NCBI GenBank assembly: GCA_964427275.1
Contig: CAYRSR010000004.1
Span: 2,769-66,768 of the forward strand
Source of the DNA: an uncultured Candidatus Saccharibacteria bacterium
GTDB lineage: Bacteria; Patescibacteriota; Minisyncoccia; UBA6257; CAYRSR01
DNA: 64,000 nucleotides
Direction: 5' to 3'
Shown here: piece after piece, positions 45,421-55,609 of the stretch
Numbering within the stretch: the stretch's first letter is position 1
Layout of the letters: every line of letters starts with the position of its first letter
The notes under the pieces: generated by a model
The model's database searches: none
The model's input: the letters and a program-made list of their open reading frames with translations, nothing else
What the model was told of the DNA's origin: nothing
Program-made: the position numbers and the translations under genes

Positions 45421-46962
45421 TTAAATTAAAGTTGATAAAAGACTGGTTCCATCCATATCTTCAGGAACAGGAATGTGCATTAACTCTAAGATAGTTGGGA
45501 CAACATCTGAAATAATTCCTGAAATTCTAGTTTCACCTGCAGCAGTTTCAGTCTTAAATCTTTTTCCAATTAGGTAAAATGGAACTGGATTAGTAGTGTG
45601 ATCAGTTAAAGGGACTCCAGTGAATGGATCTCGCATTTTTTCCATGTTTCCATGATCCGAAGTAATTAGCATTATAGTATTTTCTTTTTCAATTACTTCC
45701 TGGTATATTTTAGATAGTTGCTGGTCTATAATCTTTGCTACTTCTATTCCGGCTTTAAAATCTCCGCTATGACCAATTATATCTGGATTGGCATAATTTG
45801 CAACTATAAAATCGTAAATTCTTTCTTTAATTGAAGAAATAACCCTATTTGTAATTTCATTAGCTCTGAGTTGTGGGAATTCTTGAGGCCTGGGAACATC
45901 TAAAGATGGAATAGTGATACGATATTCATTAGCAAATGGCTTTCTGATATATCCATTGAAGAATACAGCTAGATTATCATATTTTTGGCTTTCGGTGATT
46001 TTCAGTTGAATTTTATTATGGTCAGCTAAAATTTTAGACAAGGGATTTTTGATTTGTTGGGGTGGGAAGACAACAGGCAGGTTAAATCTTTTGTCGTACT
46101 CTGTGAAAGTTACAACTTTTAAACTGTCAATCTTTTTAGTTTTGATAGGGCAATAATCTGGGAGTGCAAATGGGAAGGTAATCTGCCTGGAAACATCTTC
46201 TCTGAAATTAAAGAAAATTATAGCATCGTTTTCTTTAACTGGCTGTTTGAGTAAGGTAGGAGGAACAAATTGGTCGGATAAATTTCGACTGTAGATGTTA
46301 TCGATAAGTTGTTCGGGAGTTAAATCACTTTTTTTAGTTTCGCCAATTAGGATTTTATAAACTCTTTCAGTTCTTTCCCAATTTTCTGATTGGTCCAGTG
46401 CATAATATCTACCTGATAAACTAGCTATTTCTCCAGGTAGCTTTTCCTGCTCAAGAATCCTTTTTAGTTTGATTAGTAACTGTTTAGCCGACTTTGGTGG
46501 AGAATCAATACCATCAGTAAATAGATGCAGGTATACTGAATTAACCTGCTGCTGTTTAGCTAGATGAAGTAGGGCGGTTAAATGGTCCATATGAGAGCAG
46601 GAATAACCAGCAGTTAACAATCCTACCAGATGAACTGCTGATGAATACTTTTTAGAGTGATTAAAAGCATTAATTAAAACCTGATTTTCAAAGAAGGTTT
46701 TATTTTTTATAGCTAATGAGATTCTGGGGTAATGCTGGTAGATTATTTTTCCGGTTCCCAGGCATAGGTATCCAACTTCGCTGTTACCTTTTTCTTCCCA
46801 GGGAAGACCAACTGCAATTCCAGAAGCCTTTAGCGCGGTATGGGGAAATTCTTTTTCAATCTTTTTAAAAAAAGGAAGATTAGCTATATAAATTGGATTA
46901 CTCCTATTCTTTTCTCCAACTCCCCACCCTTCCAGAATTAATAGAACTATAGTTTGCTTCAT
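45421..46962 (-). CDS. gpmI: 2,3-bisphosphoglycerate-independent phosphoglycerate mutase
   Basis: LLILEGWGVG N-terminus and a SDHGNME metal-site motif; 513 aa. Confidence 0.9.
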   Translation of the reverse strand: MKQTIVLLILEGWGVGEKNRSNPIYIANLPFFKKIEKEFPHTALKASGIAVGLPWEEKGNSEVGYLCLGTGKIIYQHYPRISLAIKNKTFFENQVLINAFNHSKKYSSAVHLVGLLTAGYSCSHMDHLTALLHLAKQQQVNSVYLHLFTDGIDSPPKSAKQLLIKLKRILEQEKLPGEIASLSGRYYALDQSENWERTERVYKILIGETKKSDLTPEQLIDNIYSRNLSDQFVPPTLLKQPVKENDAIIFFNFREDVSRQITFPFALPDYCPIKTKKIDSLKVVTFTEYDKRFNLPVVFPPQQIKNPLSKILADHNKIQLKITESQKYDNLAVFFNGYIRKPFANEYRITIPSLDVPRPQEFPQLRANEITNRVISSIKERIYDFIVANYANPDIIGHSGDFKAGIEVAKIIDQQLSKIYQEVIEKENTIMLITSDHGNMEKMRDPFTGVPLTDHTTNPVPFYLIGKRFKTETAAGETRISGIISDVVPTILELMHIPVPEDMDGTSLLSTLI

Positions 46963-48335
46963 TGAGAGGTTTGAGAGGTAATTATATCTATATCTCTTTG
47001 AATTGACCTGGCTCTTTCAATTACTCTATCGCCATATCCCCATAGATGTCTTTGCCATCTTGAACCAGCGTAATATTTAGCAGCAGCAATTCTTTCGTTT
47101 CTAATTCCTCCTTTGTCCGCTCCGGCATCCTTTAAATATAAAGCTGTAGCTAGAAAAGCATCAGCGTTATTCCAGGGAGAAGGAGGATATCGCTTAGTGA
47201 TTTTAGCTATTCTATCTTTATAGTGTATCCAGGTAGATGGTAAGAACTGAGCTGGTCCCATTGCTCCACCATAGTATCCATCTTGATTTGGGCAGGATAC
47301 TTTTACTATATTTGGGTTTAAGTTTAATTCCCTAACAATTTTTAAGAAATGGGGAATGTCTCTTTTAGGATGCATAGCAGTTTTATAATTACACTTTCCG
47401 ACGTTTTTTCCTAAAGCCGATTCCTGATCCAGTACTGCTAGAATTAAGGCAGCTCTTACTCCGGTAGCCTTTTCAGCCATAGAGGCCAATTTATAAGCAG
47501 TTTCAAAGTCTAACTCTTCTCCACCAAGTAATTTAAATATTTGACTTCTAATTTCAGCTGCGGTTTTCTTGGTTTGGGTTAGTATTTTTTGATAAACTTT
47601 TTCTTTTCCTTGTGTAACCTTTAATAATCTATTTTTTTCTAATTGCTTATTGATTAGTTTTGTTTTTTGGTATTCTCGATACTTTTTTAATTCTCTAATA
47701 TCTCCTGACTCCTTTGCAAGTTCCTGTTGCTGGAAAATTAACTCTTGTTTAGATTGATTTATTTTTTTTAAGTTAATTTTTAAGCTTTGCTGAATTGCTA
47801 ATATATTATTGATACTGCTGAAAAAATCTGAAATATTAGAGTTAGTTAGAAGTATTTCTACTAAACCGCGGTGGTCATTTTCGTGAAGAATCTGTAAGGC
47901 AGTAGATAAAGCCTGGTGATTAAGCTGGATAATTGCTTCTAAATCTGAAATTTTTGACTGAATATCTTCAATTTCCTTATTGATGCTAGCCAGATTAAGA
48001 TTAATTGCCTGTATTTTCAGATTAAGTTGTTTTTCCTGAATTTCTAATTGTTCAATTTGATTTTTGAGAGTTCGTTTTTGATGTCTGAATTGCTTTATTT
48101 TTTGTTCATAGTTTTCAATTTCCTTTTCAAGCTGTTGTAACTGATTTTCTAGTTCAAGCCGGGTTAAATTTTTTGTGGAAGTCTGGGAAGTTGCCAGAAT
48201 TAACGAAGAAATCATTTTATTTCCAGGCTTTATTGGAGCTATAATCAGTATAAGTATTAAAATAGCAATAGAAAAACTTTTTAGAATGTAACTTATTTTT
48301 AAAAGAAGAATACTATTGGCTTTTTTTAGCATCAT
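46959..48335 (-). CDS. membrane-anchored coiled-coil protein with C-terminal lytic transglycosylase (SLT/MltB-like) domain
   Basis: N-terminal TM helix, ~230 aa of coiled coil, then VLDQESALG (catalytic Glu motif) and GAMGPAQFLPSTW. Confidence 0.6.
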   Translation of the reverse strand: MMLKKANSILLLKISYILKSFSIAILILILIIAPIKPGNKMISSLILATSQTSTKNLTRLELENQLQQLEKEIENYEQKIKQFRHQKRTLKNQIEQLEIQEKQLNLKIQAINLNLASINKEIEDIQSKISDLEAIIQLNHQALSTALQILHENDHRGLVEILLTNSNISDFFSSINNILAIQQSLKINLKKINQSKQELIFQQQELAKESGDIRELKKYREYQKTKLINKQLEKNRLLKVTQGKEKVYQKILTQTKKTAAEIRSQIFKLLGGEELDFETAYKLASMAEKATGVRAALILAVLDQESALGKNVGKCNYKTAMHPKRDIPHFLKIVRELNLNPNIVKVSCPNQDGYYGGAMGPAQFLPSTWIHYKDRIAKITKRYPPSPWNNADAFLATALYLKDAGADKGGIRNERIAAAKYYAGSRWQRHLWGYGDRVIERARSIQRDIDIITSQTSQ

Positions 48336-48990
48336 TTGTAATCTCAGATTCTTTTTTTTCTTTAGCTTCTTCTATTTTTTTCTCTTTTTTGACTTCAGTT
48401 TCTTCTGCTACCTCAGCTGGTTTCTCTTCTTCTATCTTTTCTTCTTCAATTGGCTTTAAAATGACCACCAGAGTATCCGGCTCTTGATTAACCTGGCAGC
48501 CCGGAGGAATCTTCAGATCCTTTATGCTGATACTGCCTCCTACTTTCTTTAATTTGGATAAGTCTACTTCAATTTTTGAAGGAATATTTTCTAATTTTCC
48601 TTTTAGTTCAATTTCTTTAAGTAGTTTAATTAAATTACCTTGTTTAATTAAACTTTCTACCTTTGATTCGTTAATAAATTCCAAAGGAATGGTTAATTCT
48701 ACTTCTTCTCCTTTTTTAATGTGATAAAAATCTACACATAAAAATTCGCCACTAATTGGGTGAACTTGGTAATCATAAATTAAAACCGGATATTTCTTAT
48801 CGTTTACAACCAGATTGATTACTGTGCTGGTTGAAGCCTGAGTTAATATTTTTTTAAAATCTTTACTGTTTATACTCAGGTGAATGTTTTTAATGTCAGG
48901 ACCGTAAAGTTCAGCTGGAATAAGCTCTTGCTCTCGCAACTTTTTTACTTTTTTACCAAGAATATTTCTGACCTGAGCTTTGAGTTCCAT
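48313..48990 (-). CDS. rplY: 50S ribosomal protein L25/general stress protein Ctc
   Basis: MELKAQVRNILGKKVKKLREQELIPAELYG; two beta-barrel domains plus an acidic/Lys tail. Confidence 0.8.
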   Translation of the reverse strand: MELKAQVRNILGKKVKKLREQELIPAELYGPDIKNIHLSINSKDFKKILTQASTSTVINLVVNDKKYPVLIYDYQVHPISGEFLCVDFYHIKKGEEVELTIPLEFINESKVESLIKQGNLIKLLKEIELKGKLENIPSKIEVDLSKLKKVGGSISIKDLKIPPGCQVNQEPDTLVVILKPIEEEKIEEEKPAEVAEETEVKKEKKIEEAKEKKESEITNDAKKSQ

Positions 48991-48999
48991 AGTAAATGT

Positions 49000-49076
49000 A
49001 AAATTAAAAAATCAAAATTCAAAATGATTTAATGTTAAAATTTATAAATTGAAAATTGAAAATTGATTTTTGTATT
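49000..49076. repeat. partial copy of the caattttcaatttt repeat family
   Basis: aaattgaaaattgaaaattgat with aatcaaaattcaaaatga; intergenic between rplY and rpmE. Confidence 0.5.
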
Positions 49077-49286
49077 TTATTGTCTGGCGCGTTTTCTTCT
49101 CTGTTCGAATTTTTCTACTCTTTTAGCAGTATCTACAATCTTTTTTTCTCCGGTGTAAAATGGATGGCAGTTACTGCAAATTTCTATTTTCATTTCTGGC
49201 TTGGTAGATCCAACTACAAAAACCTTTCCACAACTGCATTTTACCTTAGCTTCAGGATAATATTTTGGATGGATGTTTTTTTTCAT
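49077..49286 (-). CDS. rpmE: 50S ribosomal protein L31
   Basis: [20 protein letters not shown]...[10 protein letters not shown]. Start refined from the ORF-track start at 49304. Confidence 0.85.
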   Translation of the reverse strand: MKKNIHPKYYPEAKVKCSCGKVFVVGSTKPEMKIEICSNCHPFYTGEKKIVDTAKRVEKFEQRRKRARQ

Positions 49287-49336
49287 AAACTTCATTATAA
49301 GCATATTTTAATGATTGACAAGATTACTTGCAAAAA

Positions 49337-49365
49337 TTAAAGACCTTGACAAGAATATAGAAAAA
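49337..49365 (+). promoter_or_regulatory. sigma70-like promoter TTGACA-17-TATTTA
   Basis: ttgacaagaatatagaaaaatgatattta lies upstream of the HAD gene, whose SD is GAAGGAGG. Confidence 0.45.
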
Positions 49366-49470
49366 TGATATTTAGTTTGTTAACGGATATGGAGATAATG
49401 TAAAATCTGGGGTGTCTTAAAGTTTATTAGTAACTTGAAAATTTAATAAGGTTAGAAGGAGGTTTTAGTA

Positions 49471-50175
49471 ATGAGAAAATGCTTGGTTTTTGATGGTGAT
49501 GATACTTTATGGTTCAATGCTTATAAGTATCACCTGCCAATGATTAAGTGTCTGGAAATTATCTGTAAGGAATTAAAAGAAAAAAGTGTTCATCCATTGG
49601 AACTACTTAAGCTTCACAACCATATTGACAAAGAAATGGTAGCTAAGGCTGGATTTAAGAAAGACAGGTTTCCTTTAAGTTTTGTAAAAACTTATAGGAG
49701 AATATGCAAGGAAAGGAATTTAATTCCTGAAAGAAGAGTTGAACAAAAGCTACTTAGCAAAGCTTATAAGTTTGCAATTCCTCCTTTTCCTTTAGTAAAA
49801 GGAGCAAGGAAAGTTTTAAGGAAGTTAAAGAAGCGAGGGTATTATCTGGTACTTCTTACAGCAGGAGATAGAAAGTTACAGAAAGAAAAAATAAGATATA
49901 ATAGCTTGGAAAGATATTTTGACCAAATTATTATTACTCCACTGAATAAGAAAGAAAAATTGAAAAAGCTGGCTAAAAAATTTGGCAAGGAAAATGTCTG
50001 GATGATTGGAAATTCTAAAAAGTCAGATATAAAAGCAGCGTTACAAATTCCAGTTAAAGCAATCTATATTCCCTGTTTTACCTGGGACTATGAGGATGTT
50101 GAACTGGATAAAAAGCTTTATAGAAAGTATGTGATAGAATGTCGGAATTTGGTTCAACTCCTGGAAATTTTTTAA
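49471..50175 (+). CDS. HAD-superfamily phosphatase-like protein
   Basis: LVFDGDDTLW motif I and LLTAGDRK motif. Confidence 0.6.
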   Translation: MRKCLVFDGDDTLWFNAYKYHLPMIKCLEIICKELKEKSVHPLELLKLHNHIDKEMVAKAGFKKDRFPLSFVKTYRRICKERNLIPERRVEQKLLSKAYKFAIPPFPLVKGARKVLRKLKKRGYYLVLLTAGDRKLQKEKIRYNSLERYFDQIIITPLNKKEKLKKLAKKFGKENVWMIGNSKKSDIKAALQIPVKAIYIPCFTWDYEDVELDKKLYRKYVIECRNLVQLLEIF

Positions 50176-50207
50176 TCAAGTATTGAAGGTAAAAGGAGGA
50201 GGTTTAA

Positions 50208-50509
50208 TGAAACTAAATAAAATGGTAGTGTTGTTTGATCCATTTTTGAATGCCGGTAAGCCACTTGTTTGTATACCTTTTAATGTTGAAAGAAAATTAA
50301 TTGAACTGAATGGTAAAAGGATGCTTTTAAAGGATGCAGTTAGAGAAATTAAAAAGGAAGTAAAGAAAATGGGTGAAGCTTGTGATGCTAAAATAGTAGT
50401 TCAGTCTGATAGGATTATTCTGAGAGTTATTGAATGGAAATTAACCGGTAGTACATGGCGAATAGGCCGAATTTATAAGTGCGTACTACTTAGATATCAT
50501 CAGGATTAA
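50208..50509 (+). CDS. hypothetical protein (100 aa)
   Basis: AAAGGAGGAGG Shine-Dalgarno 6 nt upstream of the ATG at 50208. Confidence 0.4.
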
Positions 50510-50523
50510 ATATTTCTTTTTAT

Positions 50524-50551
50524 CAGCCCGGTTAAAGCCGGGCTTTTTTAC
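50524..50551. terminator. bidirectional Rho-independent terminator between convergent genes
   Basis: agcccgg-ttaa-agccgggct followed by TTTTTT. Confidence 0.7.
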
Positions 50552-51626
50552 AGTTTGTTCTATCTAGGGACTCTGTAGCTGTAGCTGGAATAAATTTTAT
50601 TATGTTTTTAACTTCGCTTATTTTAAACTTTCCTTGGATAAACTTTTCAATTACCCAGAGATTAGTCTTGCAGTGTTTAGTAATCCTTGAAACTGAAATT
50701 GTGCTACTTTCAGAAGCTAAACTTATATATGGTAAAATCTGATCAGCTAAATATCTATCCAGTGTAGCATTAGATTCAAATTCTTCCAAAAATTGCATTG
50801 CTACCTCTTTTCCTACTTGTTCAGCTGGTTTTCCTATCTTTCCCAGATTATCTGAACCAATCACTGTATTTTCAAACCAGCCAACAATATTTATCTGACT
50901 TCCGGTACTCAGGCTGGGATAATATTCGACTTGAGTTTCAATGTTAGAAGTTATTTTTTCGATTATTGATTTTGCTGAATTTAGTTGTCTCTCGGCTACT
51001 TGATTGTGTTTTAATTTAATTGATGCTCCAGAAATTATTTGAATTTTTTTTAACTTTCCACGCTCAATTAAGTTAAGAGGAAGGATTTTAGAAACAGGAC
51101 TGATTTTAACTCTTACTTTTGCTCCTCCTTCAGGATAGAATCCCCGGTTTAAAATCTTAATGTCAATATCTTTGATGCCCAACTTAGACAGAATTTCAAG
51201 CAACACTAACCTAGTATAATCAATAGTTGGAGCAAAGAATGTATCAGTTGCTCCACCATCAAAAGTTACAATTACCGGAGTTTGCTTTTTTGATGAATTA
51301 GCAAACAGTGCCGGTAGCATTAAGGTTTGAAGAATTAAGGTAATACTTCCGGCAGTAGGGATTTTTATGGTTAGTTCCCTGGCTTTGGTCTCTCCGGGGT
51401 AAAAAAATATTTCTTCAGAATTAAGCTTATCTCCAATTAGTCTTGTATTACATAGCTTAGCTAAAGACCTTATTCCAAGGAGATGTTGAGTTTTAAGCCC
51501 AGGTTTTGGTCTATTTTTTCTAATATTTTTTATGTGACAAGGAATTTTTAAAACTGCTGAAAGTGAGCAAGCAGTTCTTAATATTTGTCCTCCCCCTTCC
51601 AAATATGAGCCATCAATCTCTATCAT
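50532..51626 (-). CDS. rtcA: RNA 3'-terminal phosphate cyclase
   Basis: MIEIDGSYLEGGGQILRTACSLSA is the RtcA N-terminal signature; 364 aa. Confidence 0.8.
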   Translation of the reverse strand: MIEIDGSYLEGGGQILRTACSLSAVLKIPCHIKNIRKNRPKPGLKTQHLLGIRSLAKLCNTRLIGDKLNSEEIFFYPGETKARELTIKIPTAGSITLILQTLMLPALFANSSKKQTPVIVTFDGGATDTFFAPTIDYTRLVLLEILSKLGIKDIDIKILNRGFYPEGGAKVRVKISPVSKILPLNLIERGKLKKIQIISGASIKLKHNQVAERQLNSAKSIIEKITSNIETQVEYYPSLSTGSQINIVGWFENTVIGSDNLGKIGKPAEQVGKEVAMQFLEEFESNATLDRYLADQILPYISLASESSTISVSRITKHCKTNLWVIEKFIQGKFKISEVKNIIKFIPATATESLDRTNCKKARL

Positions 51627-51649
51627 GGTGATAACTTTAAAAAGAGTAG

Positions 51650-52270
51650 TTAGGAGTGACTTAGTAAGTCTTTTCTGGTTAGAAATCCTGGACCAACAGT
51701 AGTATTTGGCATAACCAAACTTCTTTTTCCTAATAAAGTTCCTGGCATAGTGACTGCATTACAACCAAGCTTTGAATAATCACCTATTGCTGCTCCAAAT
51801 TTTTTGAGTCCGGTAGCAATTCCTTCAACATAAATCTCTTTATAGTTTAATTTTAAGTTGGCTAATTTAACTCCAGCTCCTAAATTTACATTGTTTCCGA
51901 TTATACTATCACCAACGTAATTAAAATGTGCCATTCTGGAGTTATCAAGCACAATTGACTTTTTAAGTTCACAGCAATGTCCAATTAAGCAATTTCGACC
52001 AATAATTGCTGGGCCTCTAATTTTGCTAAAGGCTAAAATTTTACTATTTTCACCAATAATTACCTTTCCAGAAATTTTAACCGGTTGTTCAATTTTTACT
52101 CCTTTTTCAGAATAAATATTAGATTGAAGCTGATTGACTTTAAAAAATTGCTCTATAAACTCTTCTAGCTTAATTAAAACCTGCCAGGGATACTTGCACG
52201 ATTCAAAAACCTGTTTCAAGAAAAAGTCATCCAGTGTAAAAAAATTTTCTGGCTTTAAAATTTTCTTCAT
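51650..52270 (-). CDS. hexapeptide-repeat (left-handed beta-helix) transferase family protein
   Basis: Repeated [LIV]-G-x-x-x-x hexads: IIGENSKI, IIGRNCLIGHCCEL, IIGNNVNLGAGVKL. Confidence 0.5.
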   Translation of the reverse strand: MKKILKPENFFTLDDFFLKQVFESCKYPWQVLIKLEEFIEQFFKVNQLQSNIYSEKGVKIEQPVKISGKVIIGENSKILAFSKIRGPAIIGRNCLIGHCCELKKSIVLDNSRMAHFNYVGDSIIGNNVNLGAGVKLANLKLNYKEIYVEGIATGLKKFGAAIGDYSKLGCNAVTMPGTLLGKRSLVMPNTTVGPGFLTRKDLLSHS

Positions 52271-52317
52271 TACCTAATAGTTTATTTTAATTAACTTTGA
52301 ATGTAAAGTTAGGGATT

Positions 52318-52346
52318 GACAGGATTTTAAAATTGTGATATAAGCT
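52318..52346 (+). promoter_or_regulatory. sigma70-like promoter TTGACA-17-TATAAG with TGn extended -10
   Basis: ttgacaggattttaaaattgtgatataag, with the AAAGGAGGTGA SD before the GTG at 52404. Confidence 0.55.
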
Positions 52347-52403
52347 CTTGGGTAACTTAAAAATCATATATGGCTAATAATTGACTAAAAGGAGGTGATT
52401 TAA

Positions 52404-53237
52404 GTGAAGATTGATGGCTGGAGAATTGGAAAGGTATTTGGAATTGAGCTGAGATTACACTGGAGCGTGTTTCTACTAGCTGGCTTGATTGCCTGGAGTT
52501 TAGCTACAAGAATTCCCGCTGTAGTTCCCGGGATTCCAGTAATTTATCGCTGGCTGAGTGGAGTTATTGCTGGCCTGGGTTTAATTTTTTCAATTGTCTG
52601 GCATGAGCTAGCTCATTCAAGAATGGCTATTCACTATGGGTTAAGGCCCAGGAAAATAACCTTATTTCTATTTGGGGGAGCAGCTGAATTTGAAAAGGAG
52701 GAGTTTAAATCTCCAAAAGAGGAATTTTTCATCTCAGTTGTAGGACCGATTTCAAGTTTGGTTTTTGCTGGAATATGTTATGGTCTGGCTTTAATTTTAG
52801 AGGCAATTAATTTTCCGACAGGTCTGGTATATTTTAAGTTAGCTACCATCCTGAGTTTATCCTGGCTGACTGTAATTAATTTTGTTTTGGCAGTATTTAA
52901 TCTCTTTCCAGTTTTCCCAATGGATGGGGGAAGAGTACTTAGAGCAGTAATCTGGAAATTTAATCATGACATTGTAAAAGCTACTAAAATATCAGTAAAA
53001 TTAGCTAAAATCTTTGGAGTAATTCTGGTGTTGATTGGCTATTTAATAGGAGGGATAGGAAATCTTCTCTGGATTGGATTGATTGTCTGGTTTTTTATTA
53101 TACCAGCTGCAGAACAAGAGTATTTGGCAACTAGAATAAAATACGATCCAGATTTTAGAGAGAAAGTTAGGGAAATGATAAAAGAGAGATATCAAAAAGA
53201 GCTAGAAGAACTTGAAAAGTTAATCAAAGATAATTAA
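52404..53237 (+). CDS. site-2 protease family (M50) zinc metalloprotease
   Basis: HELAHS (HExxH) within a TM helix and an LFPVFPMDGGRVL motif; 277 aa. Confidence 0.75.
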   Translation: MKIDGWRIGKVFGIELRLHWSVFLLAGLIAWSLATRIPAVVPGIPVIYRWLSGVIAGLGLIFSIVWHELAHSRMAIHYGLRPRKITLFLFGGAAEFEKEEFKSPKEEFFISVVGPISSLVFAGICYGLALILEAINFPTGLVYFKLATILSLSWLTVINFVLAVFNLFPVFPMDGGRVLRAVIWKFNHDIVKATKISVKLAKIFGVILVLIGYLIGGIGNLLWIGLIVWFFIIPAAEQEYLATRIKYDPDFREKVREMIKERYQKELEELEKLIKDN

Positions 53238-53244
53238 AAATTTA

Positions 53245-53284
53245 CCCCGCTAGGTTAACGACAATCTGGCGGGGTTTAATTTTT
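53245..53284 (+). terminator. putative terminator hairpin
   Basis: ccccgc...gcgggg stem with a long loop containing a gttaac palindrome, then a T-rich tail. Confidence 0.35.
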
Positions 53285-53312
53285 ATTGAAATTTATTATC
53301 ATTAAACTAAAA

Positions 53313-53879
53313 ATGGAAAAATATATTTTATCTATTAAAAGCTATATATTGGTTTCTTCTATAGTATTTTTAGCTGGGATAATATTGGGTTATTTACTCA
53401 GTTACTTTTTCCCCAATGATGTTCAAGTAGTTGTTGACCACTTAAAAAAGGCTTTTGAACCATTAGCCCAATGGCATCCAATTCACAAGTTCATATTTGT
53501 ATTTTTAAATAATGTTTCTACCTGTTTTTTAGTGATTTTATTGGGAATTGTATTTGGAATAGTTCCAATATTCAGTTGCTTGCTTAATGGAGAAATTTTA
53601 GGAGTTTTAGCTTACCTGTATCCTCAAAATTTTTTGATCAAAGTTCTGCCCCATGGAATTATTGAAATTCCGGCATTTATTTTGGCTGTTGCCTGTGGTA
53701 TAAAAATAGGGAAGTTGGCCTTAGTTAAAATTTTAAAAAGGAAAAAATCAATTAATTTTAGATTAGAATTTACTCTAACTATTAGAGTATTGATGAAAAT
53801 TATTGTTCCAGCCTTAATAATTGCAGCAGCTATAGAAATATTTATCACTCCCTACTTAGTAGATATAATAAGCTTATGA
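53313..53879 (+). CDS. SpoIIM/DUF95-family membrane protein
   Basis: 4–5 TM helices and HGIIEIPAFILAVACGIKIG, typical of stage II sporulation M-like proteins. ATG at 53313 is preferred over the upstream TTG. Confidence 0.5.
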   Translation: MEKYILSIKSYILVSSIVFLAGIILGYLLSYFFPNDVQVVVDHLKKAFEPLAQWHPIHKFIFVFLNNVSTCFLVILLGIVFGIVPIFSCLLNGEILGVLAYLYPQNFLIKVLPHGIIEIPAFILAVACGIKIGKLALVKILKRKKSINFRLEFTLTIRVLMKIIVPALIIAAAIEIFITPYLVDIISL

Positions 53880-54565
53880 AACTAGTTGGATTCAAAAAGT
53901 TGCTACAGGATTCCTTAAATCTGTACCGGAAGAACTTTAAAGATTTACTAATAATATCGACTTTGTTTTTTGGTATTCCGGCTATGCTGGGAGGTTTGGT
54001 TGGCGTAGAGCCAGCTGAACTTTCAAAATTTTATTGGCCAGAATTGAAAGGTCTATTTCAAAATGCAATATTTGTTTTACCTCTAAGGCAGTTTGTAATA
54101 GTTATTTTGCTTGCTTTTTTAATGAATAACTTTGGAACCGCTTTAATTGTGTCTTATCTAAAGCACTATCAGATTAACCAATCCTTTAAAGAAACTTTAT
54201 CCAAGTATGGCTTCTTTTTATGGACGTCTTTACTTTCGGGGATAATTATCAGTCTTGGAGTACTAGTTTTTATAATTCCTGGAGTTTTAGCTTATGTCTT
54301 TTTCATTCTTTCTAACTATTTGGTCATTTACGAAAATAAAGTCGGAATTGATGCTTTAATTGAAAGTGCAAGACTGGTTAAAAAATGCTTTACAGGAATA
54401 GCTTTGAGAATTCTTGGTCTAATTTCTATCTTATTTTTGTTTTCAGCTGGTTTAAGTTTCATTCCCTATCTTGGAAATATAGTTTTTAGCGTTCTTTTAA
54501 TTCCATTCTCAATAATTTACTACTATTTAATCTACAACCAATTAAAGAAAGTAATTATTTCTTAA
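53876..54565 (+). CDS. hypothetical polytopic membrane protein
   Basis: 229 aa with ~6 TM helices. Confidence 0.35.
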   Translation: MKLVGFKKLLQDSLNLYRKNFKDLLIISTLFFGIPAMLGGLVGVEPAELSKFYWPELKGLFQNAIFVLPLRQFVIVILLAFLMNNFGTALIVSYLKHYQINQSFKETLSKYGFFLWTSLLSGIIISLGVLVFIIPGVLAYVFFILSNYLVIYENKVGIDALIESARLVKKCFTGIALRILGLISILFLFSAGLSFIPYLGNIVFSVLLIPFSIIYYYLIYNQLKKVIIS

Positions 54566-55334
54566 TTAGCTTTTTTAATAGTGAACTTTCTCCTATTCTT
54601 ATTTTTTTTGGATCTAAATCAATATCTCCATCAGTTCTTCCCGAGGTTGCTGAAAGCAACTCGGTTAAGTTTTCAGGCCTTACTCCACCAGCTATTTTCA
54701 CTCCCCGGCTAAAATTTTCCCTCATTATTTTTAAATGCTCTGACTTTGCTCCAAATTTACCAAATCCGGTTGAGGTTTTAATGAAATCAACTTTTAATTT
54801 CTCGGCTATCTGGCAGGCAGTTTTTATTTGTTGATTATCCAGCTGACAGTTTTCAAAAATTAGCTTTAATAAACCATTATATCTGTGAACTAAGTCAACT
54901 ATTGCTTCAATCTCTTTTTCTACATATTCTAAGTCTTTTTGTTTTAATCTTTCATAGTTTAATACCATATCAATCTCCTGGGCTCCATCTTCTAGAGCTA
55001 GTCTGGTTTCAGCTAGCTTAAACTTAGTAGAATACCAGCTTCCATCTGGAAAACCAACTACAGAAGCTATAACTACTTTTTTTTGATGTTCATCTAAAAA
55101 TTTTTTAGCCCAGCTCACATCTTCAGGGCGGACGCATATAGCATAAGGTAGATATTTAAAGTTAATTGTCTCGTTTAGAAATGAATAAAACTCTTCCTTT
55201 CTTTTAGATGGAGCATCAATTCCGGAATTTCTATAAGCTTCGGAGCGATTTAGGAAAGTATGGTCACAAATCGAGGCAATGTCCTCTAAAGAGATTTTAC
55301 TAATTTGCTTTAGCTTTGAATCGGATTGATTCAT
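54555..55334 (-). CDS. deoC: deoxyribose-phosphate aldolase
   Basis: DFIKTSTGF (Schiff-base Lys) and ASVVGFPDG motifs; 259 aa. Confidence 0.75.
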   Translation of the reverse strand: MNQSDSKLKQISKISLEDIASICDHTFLNRSEAYRNSGIDAPSKRKEEFYSFLNETINFKYLPYAICVRPEDVSWAKKFLDEHQKKVVIASVVGFPDGSWYSTKFKLAETRLALEDGAQEIDMVLNYERLKQKDLEYVEKEIEAIVDLVHRYNGLLKLIFENCQLDNQQIKTACQIAEKLKVDFIKTSTGFGKFGAKSEHLKIMRENFSRGVKIAGGVRPENLTELLSATSGRTDGDIDLDPKKIRIGESSLLKKLIKK

Positions 55335-55541
55335 CTTCGATGAAGAGGGTAATAGGATTCTTTGAATCCTTTCCTAATTTTCTTGGGTAATTTTACTGGT
55401 TTCCCGTTATGTTCAGCAATCCATCTTTGTTTCCCCTGTAAGGGTTCAAAAATATCTCTGGTAGGTGCTTTTTCTTTTTTGCTTTTTCTTTTTTAGTCAT
55501 TGGTCTAATACTAGTGAATTACTATTAAAAAATCAAGGTAT

Positions 55542-55570
55542 TGACATTTGGATTTAAATGATGTATTTTA
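55542..55570 (+). promoter_or_regulatory. sigma70-like promoter TTGACA-17-TATTTT
   Basis: ttgacatttggatttaaatgatgtatttt, followed by the AAAAGGAGG SD before the ATG at 55610. Confidence 0.45.
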
Positions 55571-55609
55571 ACTAAAAATTTGTTCTTTGATAAAAAGGAG
55601 GTTGGTAGA

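Noticed and set aside
55393-55500. Lys-rich 35-aa ORF on the – strand (MTKKEKAKKKKHLPEIFLNPYRGNKDGLLNITGNQ) in the deoC/translin intergenic region.
   Set aside because: No RBS and no similarity to known small ribosomal proteins recognised. It is composed of a poly-A/T tract, so likely a chance ORF.
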